Source of the DNA: Squalus acanthias
Taxonomy: Eukaryota
Assembly: GCA_030390025.1 (NCBI GenBank)
Contig: CM059432.1
Coordinates: 10,540,001-10,604,000 of the forward strand
DNA length: 64,000 nt
Direction of reading: 5' to 3'
Shown here: positions 24,179-38,178 of the stretch, piece by piece
Numbering within the stretch: position 1 is the stretch's first letter
Layout: each line of letters begins with the position of its first letter
The notes under the pieces: model-generated
Told to the model about the DNA's origin: nothing
Database searches by the model: none
What the model saw: the letters and a program-made list of their open reading frames with translations, nothing else
Position numbers and translations under genes: made by a program

Positions 24179-26514
24179 ATCTAAAATGAGATGTAACTCT
24201 ATCAGTCACAGTAATACTTTGTCCATTCCTCCCTCACAACATAGATGTAGAAATGGGAAGCCCCGAAACCTGAATCTGAAATGCTTGCATAAGAGAAGAT
24301 TTGACAAACCTCAGAATGAAATCACACCCTGTTAAACGATAATAATTTTAGATCAGAATAGCATGATCCTAATGTAAAAAATGTTACTATCAATCCACAC
24401 TGTTCCACACAGATATTTAATCCCTCACTGAAGTCTGACCTTTTCGCATTTTCTCCACAACAAGTATTTACCATTTTTCCACTAGGCAAGTGTTTGCTAG
24501 GAAGTCGACGATAAAAATAGAAAGAGGTAGAGCCTGTGTAGGAGGAGAGGAACAGCTGCAGAAAGGGAATAATCTGGACATGGGATAAACCTGTTGAATT
24601 TATTGGCAACTTCAGTAATACTGTTGCACTCATGACAGAATCCATTAATTGAATGTTCGCACAACAGATGTTTTGTTAATCATTTTATTCTGGCAGACAG
24701 CTACAGAAGGAGATTTACACATGGAAAGTGTCTCAGTGTGCAGCACCCTCGCCTCTGAGTCAGAAGGTTGTAGGTTCACCGTCCCACGCCAGAGTCTAGA
24801 GCACAAAAATCTAGGCTGACCCTCCCAGTGCAGCGCCGAGGGAGTGCCGCACTGTCGGAGGCGCCGTCTTTCGGATGAGACGTTAAGCTGACTTTTCCTC
24901 TCAGGTGGACGTAAAAGATCCCACGGGCACTATTTCGAAGAAGAGCAGGGGAGTTATCCCCGGTGTCCTGGGGCCAATATAACAACCAACCTAACAAAAA
25001 CAGATTATCTGGTCATTATCACATTGCTGTTTGTGGGAGCTTGCTGTGCGCAAATTGGCTGCCGCATTTTCTACATTACAACAACACTTCAAGAATGTGC
25101 TTCATTGGCTGTAAAGCGCTTTGGGACGTCCGGTGGTCGTGAAAGGAGCAAGTCTTTCTTTCTTTCTATTTATGAGAGAGATTTTACAGGATTTTCTTGG
25201 CACGCTGATTAAGACCAATTTTATCTCTAATACTTGCCCACTTACTTTCACTGCAGCGGGAGATTCATCGCTGAAATATAAAGGAGAGTGCAGGAAAAGG
25301 TTCTGCAGTCTATCTGGCCAGTCCTAAAAATAATTAGCTCTCAACTGCCCCGATCCTTCTGACATCTATCTAATTCTCCATATTCGTTCAATTTTCTATC
25401 GTCTAGTATCTCGAACCTAAGACCCCCTGGAATTCTGATAAGGCCAATTTCCATGGCAACCCCAACCAACCTCTGCAGTGCGAGAGTATAAATCCTGCAG
25501 CTAGTTTCTGCAGCATTTCAATTTCAATGGTATTACATATCTTTATAACTTTATATAAACACAGTGCTGAACCGGTAGCCCTTGCTTGGAAAAGTGTGCC
25601 CGTTAAACAGACTAAATGCAGTTTCCTATGTGCTGCCTCTGAGTCCCCAGTAATAGCTGCCACTAAGTGACAGCTAAATTTTAAGTGCGTTCGTAGCTAA
25701 TCAATGCCTGGTAAATCGATACTAGTATGCTGAATCACAACGGTGTCTGTCGACTCCCATTCTTTAATCCCCGTTCACTTGAACTTTATTAAGCTCCATT
25801 GACCCACCCGTGGCACAGTTACCGACGAAACGAGAGTCCAAGGGGGTAAAATTCAACTGCGGGCGGGGGCGCAAGAGATTTCAATGGAAGTTGAGTTCCG
25901 GCCCTGAAAATCCTGCAAACCTATTGGATTAAGGGCCTGAGATCAATGGGGCTCATTGCCCTCTATTTTTACTTCCCTGTAGTTGTGCAAAAACAAGTTG
26001 GACACTTTGTTAAAAAAAAAGTTTTCCTCTCAAACTTTCTCCCCTCTCTTCTGGTCAATAACTCCCTTAATCGGGGTTACATCGGTTCGACGTCAGAATT
26101 TTACCTCTAGCACCTCATGCACATGACCATTCATGTATGAACTTTGCCAGTAAGTATTCACCTACAGCCAAGCTTCAGCCTGTCCTCACCCGACATGAGC
26201 GCGCACACTTCCAGTAGGGATCAATGGGTAGTGGTCAGGAATGAGAAATATGGTTGTTTTCGCTTCCCTAATCCAGAGCACTGTGGGGAATTATGCCACC
26301 CCTATTGTTGCGCCGGCTGAGGTTAGCTAACTCCCCCACGACCAGAAAATACATCAAAAATGTAGCAATATATTAAAAATCGTACGTCCTCGTGCACATC
26401 CCGTCGGCCTTTTCCATTATAAATTCCTATGTCCATGTTTATAATGGAAACTGCCTACGTAAAAACCACTTGATCTGAACTCTCTGTGTGCAATGCCAGG
26501 GATGATTGACACTG

Positions 26515-27355
26515 GGCAGTGGCTGCGTGGATATGTAATTGACAATGGGACAGGAAGCAGAGAGTGGTGGTGAGCGGATGCAGTGGTGTCCAACAGAGGT
26601 TGGAGTTGGGCCCACTGCTCTTTTGGATGTATATTAATGACCTGGACTTGGGTACACAGGGCATCATTTCAAAGTCTGCTGATGACACAAAACTCAGAAA
26701 TGTAGTAAACAGCGAGGAGGATAGTAACAGACTCCAGGAGGATATAGACAGACTGGTGAAATGGGCAGACACATGACAGATGAAATTTAGCACAGAGAAG
26801 TGTGAAGTGATTCATTTTGGGAGGAAGAATGAGGCTTTATAAATAGAGTACGAAAGCAAGGAAGTTATGCTAAACCTTTTATAAAACGCTGGTTAGACCC
26901 CAGATGGAGTATTGTGGACAATTCTGGGTACCACACTTGATGTCAAGGCCTTAGGAGGAGATTTACTAGACTGGTACCAGAGATGAAAGACTTCAGTTAC
27001 AGGGACAGACTAGAGAAACTGGGGTTGTTCTCCTTGGAGCAGAGAGTAAGGAGAAACTGTTTCCAGTGGCAGAAGGGTGAATAACTAGAGGGCACAGATT
27101 TAAGGTAATTGGCATGAGGGGGGGATATTTACACACCGATTTATGATGTTGTGGAATGCACTGCCTGAAAGGGTGGTGGAAGCAGATTCAATAATAATTT
27201 TCAAACGGGAATTGGATAAATACTTTAAATATTTGCAGGGCTATGGGGAAAAAGCAGAGGAGTGGAACTAATTGGATCGCTCTTTAAAGAGCCGGCACAG
27301 GCACGATGGGCCGAATGGCCTCCTTCTGTGCTGTATCATTCTATGACTCTATGAC
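26515..27355 (+). mobile_element. Decayed CR1 fragment
   Basis: Contains GPLLF.YINDLD and ADDTKL, with a tail. Confidence 0.8.
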
Positions 27356-27459
27356 TAGTTTACATAATCCCCATACATTTCACACCTTGCACACTTCAAC
27401 TGTGTGGCATGATATGGCAAAGTGTGAAACAGGTTAAGAAGATGTGAATTACTGGGGTT

Positions 27460-27850
27460 AGAAAATGGCTGCATATAGTGACACCAATATTAACCGGCCA
27501 GAATGGAGATGATTGGGTAATTCTCCCGTCAGTCACGCTTAGAGACCGCGCAGCTGTAAGTGACCGGGATTGATTTTACGCACATGATTTGTATTATGTA
27601 ACTATCCTCAACTCACGGCATTTTGCTGGAGAAATCAGTCTGCCTTTATCGGGAGACTTTCGGTCATGAGTTCTGTCTGCTGTAGTTCGTCGGAACTTTT
27701 TTAAATAGATTCTGTAGACTGTTTGCTGTAGTGCACTGTTTAAATAGACTCTGTTTGTTGAGTAATTAGACTTTATTTGCTCTGAGTCCTGACGTAAATC
27801 CCGCCTCACCTCCTACTCATTGGCTGACACCGTGGTGTCAATAGATGCTC
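27460..27850. repeat. ~390-bp interspersed repeat, possibly a non-autonomous DNA element (second copy at about 12025-12034 plus 13330-13710)
   Basis: The two copies align. Ends are imperfectly inverted: gcatatagtgacac and gtgtcaatagatgc. Confidence 0.6.
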
Positions 27851-30800
27851 TGTTAGAAGATTGGTGTTTGCTGGCACCATTTAGAATCAGAACACCGGGT
27901 ATTACAGCTCCAATTGAGAAAGCTGCATGGTGAGATGCAAGGAAAACCTGGCAAGGAGGAATTCCACAGTGATTTCTGCAACTGTGGGATGACGGAACAT
28001 TGGGGAGCATTGTTTTTTTCTGTTAGACATCCACCTCTCTGGGTTTCATCCTCTGATGATATTTTGAAGACATTTAAAATCCTGGACTCCAGAAAGTTAG
28101 ATTGTTTTTTTTGCTGAACTGCATTTCAGTAATGACATTTGCAACTTTCAGCAATGAAATCCAGTGGGGTTTTCTTTTCAAAACTAACCTTTTCACGTTG
28201 TTAATTCAACAATCCTATGGCGCTCAATATAGTATTGCTGCTTTTTGTTTACAGCCATGATGGTGTGACGTCGCTATCCTGTGATGCCTGCTAGACAGGA
28301 GGCAAGAATAGATGTTAAGTGAGGACAGAATTGGATAAATACATGAAGTGGAAAAATTTGCATCGCTATGGGGAAAGGGCAGGGGAGTGGGATTAATTGG
28401 ATAGCTCTTTCAAAGAGCCGGCACGATGGGCCGAATGGCCTCCTTCTGTGCTGGATAATTCTATGATTCGAAGAATTGACTGTGATGCCTCCTTTAGTCA
28501 AATAATGAGTAACACTCATTGCCTAGCTTCATGGATGGTGAATGGTCTAATTGGACGAGTTGGATGAGTTACTGGAGGATCAGTAGTAGCTAGGAAACAC
28601 TGCACCAGCATCAATCACCACCTTCGCATGAGCAGGAGAGAAGGGAAGCATAGGGAAGAAAAATGATACTGAAGAATGCTTTGGATTTAAATAATATACC
28701 TGTTTCCTTTAAGTTGTCTGAAACAAGGGTCTTGTGCGGAGACTATGTTCAAGCATCATTTTCTGAATGGGATGATAGAGTTAGAGTGAACAACAACAAC
28801 TTGTATTTATATAGCGCCTGTAACATAGTAAACTGTCCCAAGGCGCTTCACAGGTCCTTGCCGGTGTTTATGCTCCACACGAGCCTCCTCCCATCCTACT
28901 TCATCTAAGCTTATCTGCATATCCTTCTATTCCAATCTCCCTCATGTACTTATCTAGCTTCCCCTTAAATGCATCTATACACCTCAACTAGAAGATATTA
29001 GACAGGCGGTCAAAGAGGTAGGTTTTAAGGAGCGTCTTAAAGGAGGAAGAGAGGGGTAGAGAGGCGGAGAGGTTCAGGGAGGGAATTAGGAGCTTAGGGC
29101 CTAGGCAGCCGAAGACACGGCCGCCAATGGTGGAGCGATGTAAATCGGGATGTGCAAGAGGCCAGAATTGGAAGAGCGCACTGATCTCGGAGGGCTGTAG
29201 GTGCTGGAGGAGGTTCCAGAGAGAGGCAAGGCGAGGCCGTGGAGGGATTTGAAAACAAGCAGGAGAATTTTTAAATCGTGCCGTTGCCGGACCGGGATCC
29301 AATGTAGGTCGGCGACCACAGGGGTGATGGGTGAACGGGACTTGGTGCGAGTTAGGACACGGGCAGCAGAGATTTGGGTGAGCTCAAATTTCGGGAGGGT
29401 AACTTAGATTGGACCGAGGTCTATAGACTGATGATTTTAGTCCCGGCTTTGGAAAGCTAAATTCAGTTGGTTGATGCCCTTTAGCTACATCATGAGATAC
29501 AGAGCGGCACATATAAACACAAACCTGATGGGCTTGTAGCCCTAATCAGTTCAGCAACAGACATCTGTTTTACGATTGTTTTATTTGTCAGGGATTTACA
29601 TTTGCCTAATTGGATAAGTCTTTTCCAATAGACCCTGCCTGTAAGAGATTGTGACAAAGTCTTTTGTCAGAGTGATTGGATCATTTATACCGGAGCCTTA
29701 GATTACGGCTGGAGCCCTGACTAATATCACCGTCCATAGCTGTGAATTATTTTTACAGATTATTGATACGAAATGTTTGAAGAGGTTTGCCTCACTTCAT
29801 TGAAATAGCGGTAACCCGCGTTTGCTACTGTGAGCCATGGCATACCTCACCTGGAGAAGAACTATCGGATAAATTTTACAATTCGTGCTGCTGGTGTACA
29901 GCTTCTCTCGCCAGAGCACTTATTGGCATTTAGTGGACCCCGCAGGACATTCTATCTCCGTTAAAATAAGGCAATTTGGCGGGTGTGTATCAAGCATTCA
30001 TTGCCAACAATAATTTTATGCTACAGTGCCCAGAATTGATCCTAACCTTGTTATTGTCATCCATTCTGCGCCTTAGTGTTCCCGTGCACGTGCTTGTGTG
30101 TTCATCTGCCTGAGTAGATACTTGTGCATGTTTAGAATCATACAGCGCAGAAGGAGGCCATCCAGCTTGCACCGGCTCTTTTGAAAGAGCTCTCCAATCA
30201 GTCCCACTTGCCAGCTCTGTGCCCATCAGGCTCTTACCCCGTAGCCCTGCAAATTCCTCCTTTTGAAGTACTCCATTATTAAAGTCGCCATTGATTCTGC
30301 TTCCACCGCCCTTTCAGGCAGCGCATTCCAGATCACAACAACTCGCTGCGTAAAAAAAAAAAAAATTCTCCTCATCTTCCCCCCTGGATTTTTTGCCAAT
30401 CATTTTAAATCTGCGTCCTCTGGTTACCCACCCTCGGCCTGTGGGTGTCTAGATTTTAATTGGTGCTCCCCTGAAAGAGCAGAAAAGCTGTCATATAATT
30501 TCAAAGGAAAGACCTGGTTGCATTTGCTAAATAAGAACTTTGTTTTCATGGAAAATGCATTACTTACATTGAACGATAAGGGAGTGAAGGGTTATGGGGA
30601 GCGGGCAGGGAAGTGGAGTTGAGGCCAAGATCAGATCAGCCATGATCTTATTGAATGGCGGAGCAGGCTCGAGGGGCCAAATGACCTACTCCTGCTCCTA
30701 CGTCTTATGTTCTTATGTTCTTATGTTTACTTTCGCTCCTAATTTGGCTTTGACTTTCAACTTGGGTCCAACAATATAAGATAGTCACTGATAAATCCAA

Positions 30801-31214
30801 TAGGGAATTCAGGAGAAACTTCTTTACCCAGAGAGTTGATAGAATGTGGAACTCGCTACCACAGGGAGTGGTTGAGGCGAATAGCATAGATGCATTTAAG
30901 GGGAAGCTGGATAATTACATGAGGGAGCAAGGAATAGAGCGTTATGCTGTGGCTCAGTGGTAGCACCCTCGCCTCTGAGTCAGAAGGTTGTGGGTTCAAG
31001 TCCCACTCCACGGGACTTGAGCACATAAAGCTAGACTGACACTCCCAGTGCAGTGCTGAGGGAGTGCTGCACTGTCGGAGGTGCTGTCTTTCGGATGAGC
31101 CGTTAAACCGAGGCCCCCGTCTGCTCTCTCAGGTCGGACATAAAAGATCCCATGGCACTATTTCGAAGAAGAGCAGGTGAGTTATCCCCGGTGTCCTGGC
31201 CAATATTTATCCCT

Positions 31215-31866
31215 TGTTGTCTGAATTCGCTAGATGTTCGAAAGATCGAACAAATAGGTTAGCAACATTTCCTTTTCGGGTTCAAATGTAAGTTTGGCCT
31301 GAACAAACACACAGGCAACAGATTTCGTGTACAAAGATTTATCTTTAATAAATGCTTAACAAACACCGTTCGTAGTTTAAAGTACAATTCCAAAATATAA
31401 GACTCACAACTTATATTGATATCACCTGATTTGGTCCGAGGTGATCAATCTCTGTCCAAACCTTTGCATAGAGTGTCTGTTCCCAGGTCCCTGCTGTCGA
31501 GTGTTGCTCCCAGGTTCTCGCTGCCTATCTGGAGTTTTTCCTCCTGATTTATACCATTCTATAATCTGTCCCATCTCTCTGGTTACACATTTGTTCCCTC
31601 TGTCCTGTGTCCTGATGATTAGTTTATCCTATTCTACAACCTGTCCCATCACCTTGATTAGTTTACGTCTGTCTTCATCCATTTTCTTTAATTGACCCAT
31701 TGTTTGTTAACTGGTGTCTGTAGTGACCTCACCCGTGTCTGACGAGGTTACCGATGAGCCCTCTGGTTCAGAACATTACTCAACTCTGCATTATGTATCC
31801 ACTGTCCCTTACACATGGTGATTCCTTCATTTATTTCAGTTTTACACTACTTCTTCCATTTCCACA
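31215..31866 (-). mobile_element. Solo LTR (652 bp) with 5-bp TSD inserted in a Deu-SINE
   Basis: TG...CA termini with TCCCT at 31210-31214 and 31867-31871. Removing it restores the SINE sequence tttatccctcaaccaac. Orientation is tentative. Confidence 0.8.
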
Positions 31867-32659
31867 TCCCTCAACCAACATAACAAAAACAGATTATCTG
31901 ATCATTATCGTATTGCTGTTTGTGGGACCTTGCTGTGCGCAAATTGGCTGCTGTGTTTCAGCAACAACAACAACTTGTATTTATATAGCGCCTTTAACAT
32001 AGTAAAAGGTCCCAAGGCGCTTCACAGGAGCGAGCGTTATCAAATAAATTTGACACTAAGCCACATAAGGAGATATTAGGGCAGATGACCAAAAGCTTGG
32101 TCAAAGAGGTAGGTTTTAAGAAGCGTCTTAAAGAATGGTAGAGAGGTGGAGAGGGGGGTAATTCCAGAGCTTAAGGCCTTGGCAGCTGAAGGCATGGCTG
32201 CCAATGTTGCAGCGATGAAACTCGGGGATACTCAAGAGGCCAGAATTGGAGGAGCGCAGTTATCTCGAGGAGTTGTGGGGCTGGAGGAGATTACGGAGAT
32301 AGGGAGGGGTGAGGCCATGGAGGCTTTTGAAAACAAGGATGACAACAGTGACTACACACCAAAAGTACTTCATTGGCTGTAAAGCGTTTTGGGAAATCCT
32401 AAGGGCGTGAAAAGTGCTATGTAAATGCAAGTCTTTATTTCTTTTAGAAAGCCCTACTGACACTCAGCAGATAGGAAGCACAGAGCTTACAAAATCCCAG
32501 CCAGCAGATCTGTTGTGTTCTTTCAAGCATTAAGTCTACTTGCAGGATTTAGCAAGCTTCCCATCTATAGCGTCCAGTTAGGGCTTTGTAATTCATATTA
32601 ATACCAGGTACATGGATTGAATATAGAAATCATAGAATCATAGAATAGTACAACACAGA

Positions 32660-33130
32660 CCCTATCAGGCAGTGCATTCCAAATCCTAACCACTTGCTGC
32701 ATAAAAAAGATTTTCCTCGTGTCGCCTCTGGTTCTTTTGCCAATCACCTTAAATCTGTGCCCTCTGGTCATCGACCCTTCAGCCATTGGAAACAGTTTCT
32801 CTTATTTACTCTATCAAAACCCTTCATGATTTTGAACACCTCTATCGAATCTCCTCTTAGCCTTCTCTGCTCCAAGGAGAACAACCCCAGCTTCTGTTGT
32901 CTATCCACGTCACTATAATCCCTCATCCCTGGAACTGTTCCAGTAAATCTCTTCTGCACCCTCTCCAAAGCCTTCACGCCCTTCCTAAAGTGTGGTGCCC
33001 AGAATTGGACACAATACTCCAGCTGGGGCCAAACTAGTGTTTTATTAAAGTTTAGCATAACTTCCTGTCTCTTGTACTCTATATGCCTCTATTGATAAAG
33101 CCCAGGACCTCGTATACTTTATTAACTGCT
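32660..33130 (-). mobile_element. CR1 fragment
   Basis: Contains [10 protein letters not shown] and LEQRRLRGD. Confidence 0.82.
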
Positions 33131-33584
33131 TTTATTGGCCCAGAATCAAAATTACAATAATGCACCCTGAGCAATTTGTTTTGAATCTAAATCCATGTTA
33201 GAATTATTTCAGTGCTCAGATGGAGCCTATCTCAGAGCTGCCTGAGGAAAGTAAAATGGAACTAAAAGAGAATGAAAATCACGGGACCCATGACACTTGC
33301 CAAAAACGTACGGCTTTACCCAGTGCAAATGCAGCTTACTGGCACGAATCAAGGCTCCCGTTCCATGTACAATCCATTCAAACAGCCCCAAACTCAATAC
33401 TCTTTGGGAGTGTTAGGATTGGATTTGTCAGTTGTGAGATTATTGGAACACAAGCTGGTAATCTAGGTACCTGAAGCCTGAATAATTAATAGGAAACAGG
33501 CCAGAAACCTGCCAAATACAAATAAACCGATGGTTAGGAACAGCTAACCGTCAGAATACAACATCTACCACCACAGGTTTGCAT

Positions 33585-33965
33585 TAGCTGTTGCGGCCTG
33601 GATGAGTCCGTGTTTCATGTATATGTTGAGTGAAGGGGTTGCTCCTCAACTTCTGGCTGCACTTCAGTCCCACGCTCCTGATCTTTGGCCACCCGGTGCG
33701 GAGGGGGGAGGCAGGCAAGTCGGAGGACCTTCCTGTGGGTCTGCTCCTCGACCTGGCCAAGGTGGCCATCTCTAGGTCCAAGGGCCAAGATTGGTGGTGT
33801 GGGGGGGCGTGGAGGTCGCTCTAGCTGCTTGCCTCCCTTCCGCGGTCTTGTCCGCTCCCGGGTGGCCCTGCAGAAGGAGCGCGCGGTGACCACCGTTACC
33901 CTTGAGGCCTCCCGCGGCCGGTGGGCACCGCAAGGGACTGGGGTGAGCAGTGGACACCAGGGAAT
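33585..33965 (+). mobile_element. Tx1/L1-clade LINE ORF2 3' fragment
   Basis: Across frames it reads CGLDESVFHVYVE, GLLLNFWLHFSPTLLIFGHP, LLLDLAKVAI and FRGLVRSRV, typical of a Tx1 ORF2 C-terminus. Confidence 0.65.
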
Positions 33966-33973
33966 AATATTAC

Positions 33974-34491
33974 AAATAAAAACAGAAAATGCTGGAAATA
34001 CTCAGCAGGTCAGGCAGCATCTGTGGAGAGAGAAAGCGGGTTAACCTTTCAGGCCGATGACCTTTCGTCAGAGCTGGGAAAAGATAGAGATGTAACAGAT
34101 TTTAAGCAAATGCAGGGGCAGGGAAAGGTGGGAGGGGAGGAAAGAACAAAAGGGGAGGCCAGTGAGAGGGTAGAAGGCAGGAGAGATTAAATGACAAAAG
34201 GGATAATAGTGCAAGGCGAAAGGAGATGGTGATGGGACAAGTAAAGAAACAAAAGATGGGTCTAGAGGAGGTGTAAATGGGAATATCAGAATCAACAACA
34301 GCTGCCATCTGGAAAAATGAGGGCAGAGGTTATGGTCTGAAATTGTTGCACTCAATGTTGAGTCCAGAAGGCTGTAAAGTGCCTAATCGAAAGATGAGCT
34401 GCTGTTCCTCGAGCTTACGTTGAGGTCCATTGGAACAGTGTAGGAGGCTGAGGACAGAGAGGCCAGAGTGGAAGCGGGGCGGAGAATTAAA
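33974..34491 (-). mobile_element. PLE family B 3' fragment (GIY-YIG C-terminus plus pLTR with degenerate hammerhead)
   Basis: The - strand reads FNSPPRFHSGLSVLSLLHCSNGPQRKLEEQQLIFRLGTLQPSGLNIECNNFRP*. The pLTR matches 58044-58626. CUGACGA..GAAA occurs at about 34040-34075 (-). Confidence 0.8.
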
Positions 34492-35061
34492 TTCTAACTT
34501 AGTTTTATAAGTTTCCCATTGTTTTGTTCAAGAGAACAGAAAAAGAAATAGAAAGCTTTTGACTATAACATATACCATTTTGTTCTAACATCCTTAGACC
34601 AGAAAGAAACTGACAGGAGTAAAGATAATAGAAGGAAGAGAATTTCAGATGTGTGGTTTTTTGATGCTTTCTTGTCAATGCTAATGGCCCGAAGCACTTT
34701 TCCTGGACTATGGAGTGAAAGATGTTCCATCTGAAGCAAAGACCAGATCAATTTGAAGTTACAGCACTTCCTCTCACCTTTCCCTACAGAAAAGGCTTTA
34801 GATGGAACAAAGCCTGTTCTTACCCAGGGAAACAGGAGTCAGTGATAAAATAGAGTGCATCCCTTGTGTTGGAGGGGACAACACCAGGCTAGAAACTACT
34901 GTTAACAATATCAATGAACAAGTGCTTCACGTAGCCCTATAGCATTCCTCTGAGCGCTATTTTAGTCGAGGTGTTAAGCCGGTTGTTTCTTTTAAGCAGG
35001 TTATTGCCTCTTCTAAAATAGTGAACTGAGGAATGTCATCAAAATGTCTTCATCTTCAAGG

Positions 35062-35465
35062 GGCTGGTAGCATAGCGGTTATGTTACTGGACTAGTAACC
35101 CAGAGGTCTGGACTAATAATCCAAGTAGATGCAAGTTCAAATCCCACCACAGCAAGTGGGGAAATTTAAATTCAATGAATAAATAAATCAGGAATCAAAA
35201 GCTAGTGTCAGTAATGGATATGACCATGAAACTACTGGATTGTTGTAAGAAACCCATCTGGTTCACTAAGGCCCTTTAGCAGAGGAGGAAATCTGCCATC
35301 CCTACCTGGTCTGGCCTATATGTGACTCCAGACCCCCAGCAATGTGGTTGACTCTTAACAGCCCTCTGAAATGGCCTAGCAAGCCACTCAGTTAAGGGTA
35401 ACGAGGGATGGGCAATAAATTCTGGCCTTGCCAGCGACACCCACATCCTGTGAATGAATAAAATA
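35062..35465 (+). mobile_element. tRNA-derived SINE with CR1/L2-family tail (others at 6180-6520 -, 16111-16420 -, 50583-51025 -)
   Basis: A-box-like ggtagcatagcggtt and B-box gttcaaatcc. The tail is shared with the 14997-15620 LINE family. Confidence 0.72.
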
Positions 35466-36686
35466 AAACTATAATGAATACAAAATTGTGGGTTTGAGGG
35501 TATAGTCCCCTGGTTAATGATTTACTTCTCCACTTTCAATTGTCATAAATGATATTTAGTCAAGCTTTGATTTTAGTTCTGTTGCAAGTTATTTGTGACC
35601 AGATAGGTACTAAACTCATTCAGAAGCAAATACTCAATTGGCATTTTTTTAATTCCACATGTAATTCTTGCTTTTTGTCACATTGAATTTAAAATCATTT
35701 GGATAAATAATATAGGCCACTCTTATATCAATTATATTTTTTCACATATTCCCGGTCAAATTTCCTCTTTAAAAAAAACATAAATTTATGACAAACTATC
35801 AACGTTACAGGAAATGTAGTCATGTGTTTACTTATTGTCCATTTCTAACATGTGCCAAATCCGCTCCTGATATGACTGATATCTTATTCAGTGTTACCGT
35901 TAACTGACAGCAGAGCTTGAATGGGTTCTGACAGATATTCCCTCTCATGAAGGCACAGCAACCTTTACAGCTAAAGGTATCAAGGGATATGGGGAGAAGG
36001 CAGGTACAGGGTACTGAGTTTGGATGATCAGCCATGATCTCATCGAATGGCGGAGCAGGCTCGAGGGGCCGAATGGCCTACTCCTGCTCCTATCTTCTAT
36101 GTTTCTATGTACAGGCACCTCGTTCATTTTTGCAACCGAATCACACGTGAGAACTGCTTGAAGCTAAACGGCTGCACCTAGTGCCGCCCGAGGAAGTGGC
36201 AACTTCCTGATAAGAGACTGAATGTGCTCTTTTTTTGCATAATCCAGCCTTTACCAGCTGAAGGTTTTGTTGAGGTGGGATTTATTTGCCATCTTCCACA
36301 GGAGCATTTAGTCACTTGCTCTCTGAACGTACTCAATCGAGCAGGTCCAGGGAACTAGCTCGACGTCGGTGGTAGGAAAGATAATGGACTCCTAACTCAA
36401 AGATGTAATAGAAAAAACATCTAGAAACTGAAAATAATAATAAAGAGTTTATATTATATATTGAAAATATATTTAATGTAAACCTGGAACTCGCTGCCGA
36501 CGAGGGTGGTGGAAGCGGAGGCGGTCAATGATTTCAAAAGGAAATTGGATAAGCACTTGAGGGAAATAAACTTGCAGGGCTATGGGGATGGAGCGGGGGA
36601 ATGGGACTGACTGGATTGCTCGACAGAGAGAGCCGGCAAGGACTCGATGGGCCGAATGACCTCCTTCTGTGCCGTTATGACTCTGT

Positions 36687-37576
36687 GGGGTAAAAATTCA
36701 GTTGGTTGCGCCTCCCGTTAGCGCCTTAAGAGGGCGCTAATGGGGCGCAAAGCCGCTAACGCCCGGGCGCAGCGATGTTTGCGCCGCTCGGGAACTTAAC
36801 TAGAGATTGTGCGGCGGCGCTAAACTTTACCGCTGCGACCACCTGCGCGCGCAGATTGTGACGTCATTCCATGGTGCAACGCCCTTGTGGCGCCCCGGAG
36901 CAGAAATTGAGTGGCGCCCCCTGCCTTACCGCCTGGCGCATCCAACGACCAGAAGACTGGAACGCTATCAATCGCTGTGGGGCTGGGGGGGGTATTTAAA
37001 GGGGGCCTCTTCCTGTCTTTTATTGTTGGTGGCATTTTTGAACTATGCATTCTGAGAGAGAGAGGGAGAGACTTCTGGAGAGATTCAACGTTGTGTGAAG
37101 GAGTTTTGGGTACTGAGCAGCACTTTGCAGGTTCATTTTGATTTGCCATTCCTTGTATCGATTTAGCAGAGACCGTGGGAGCTGCACTCTGAGCTCTTTG
37201 CCTGGTGCTCTCCATTGTTCTTTCCAGCACATTTGATGTGCAAGTCTCTCCAGGCTGAGATTCAAGGCAGCAATGAACAGGATGTGGATGGAAAGCAAGA
37301 TTAACCATCCCCTTTAAGAACTGGCCCGTACCATTGTGTGTGTGTTCCATTGCTGACTGACATTACATGAGCTTCGCCAGCGCTCCGAGTTAGCGCCTCA
37401 CTGCTCGGCCTTTGCGCCTTAAGACAGGTGTGCAGCGCCTGCTTTAGCGCTCCACTCACCTCCCGGGGCGGTAAAAGTGAAGTTTCCCGTCAGTGCCGAT
37501 AATTAGCGCCAGGCGCTAATATTTGCGTCCGGACGATATTTGCGCCCCAAATGGGGCGCGACCTAATTTCTACCCC
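36687..37576. mobile_element. Non-autonomous Harbinger-like DNA transposon, copy 1 (890 bp)
   Basis: TIRs GGGGTAAAAATT...AATTTCTACCCC, flanked by tgt/tat. Subterminal tagcgcc/ggcgcta motifs are repeated. Homologous along its whole length to 42107-42999. Confidence 0.82.
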
Positions 37577-37769
37577 TATGAGTTGAGGCGATTGGATAGA
37601 TCCATTTAAGGGGAAGCTAGATAAGCATTTGAGGGAGAAAGGAACAGAAGGATATGCTGATGGGGTTAGATGAAGAAGGGTGGGAGGAGGCTCGTGTGGA
37701 GCATAAACACCGGCATGGACCTGTTGGGCGGAATGGCCTGTTTCTGTGCTGGACATTCTACGTAATACT

Positions 37770-38120
37770 ATGTCTGTGTGGAGTTTCCACATTCTCCCCG
37801 TGTCTGCGTGGGTTTCCTCCGGGTGCTCCGGTTTCCTCCCACAGTCCAAAAATGTGTGGGTTAGGTTGATTTGGCTATGATAAATTGACCCTTAGTGTTA
37901 GGGGGGATTAAATATGTGGGGTTATGGGGATAGGATGGGATATGTTAGGGGGAATTAAATACGTGGGGTTACGGGGGTAGGGTGGGATATGTGTACTGTG
38001 GGGATTAAAGCAGGGACAGGGTACTGGATTTGGATGATCAGCCATGATCGTATTGAATGGCGGAGCAGGCTCGACGGGCCGAATGGCCTACTCCTGCTCC
38101 TAGATTCTATGTTTCTATGT
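37770..38120 (+). mobile_element. V-SINE (HE1-like) fragment with HER1 tail
   Basis: V-domain ttctccccgtgtctgcgtgggtttcctccgggtgctccggtttcctcccacagtccaaa followed by the HER1 3' tail. Confidence 0.75.
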
Positions 38121-38178
38121 AAAAGAATGGCCTCTGAAGTCAGAGGTTTTTGAGTCAAACGTCGATAGTGCAAAGTAT

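Noticed and set aside
30946..31015. tRNA gene-like A/B boxes (also at the heads of other SINEs)
   Set aside because: They continue into SINE bodies and do not form a full cloverleaf.
33220..33474. 84-aa ATG-initiated ORF after an AG
   Set aside because: No recognisable homology or supporting exons, and it cannot be distinguished from chance.
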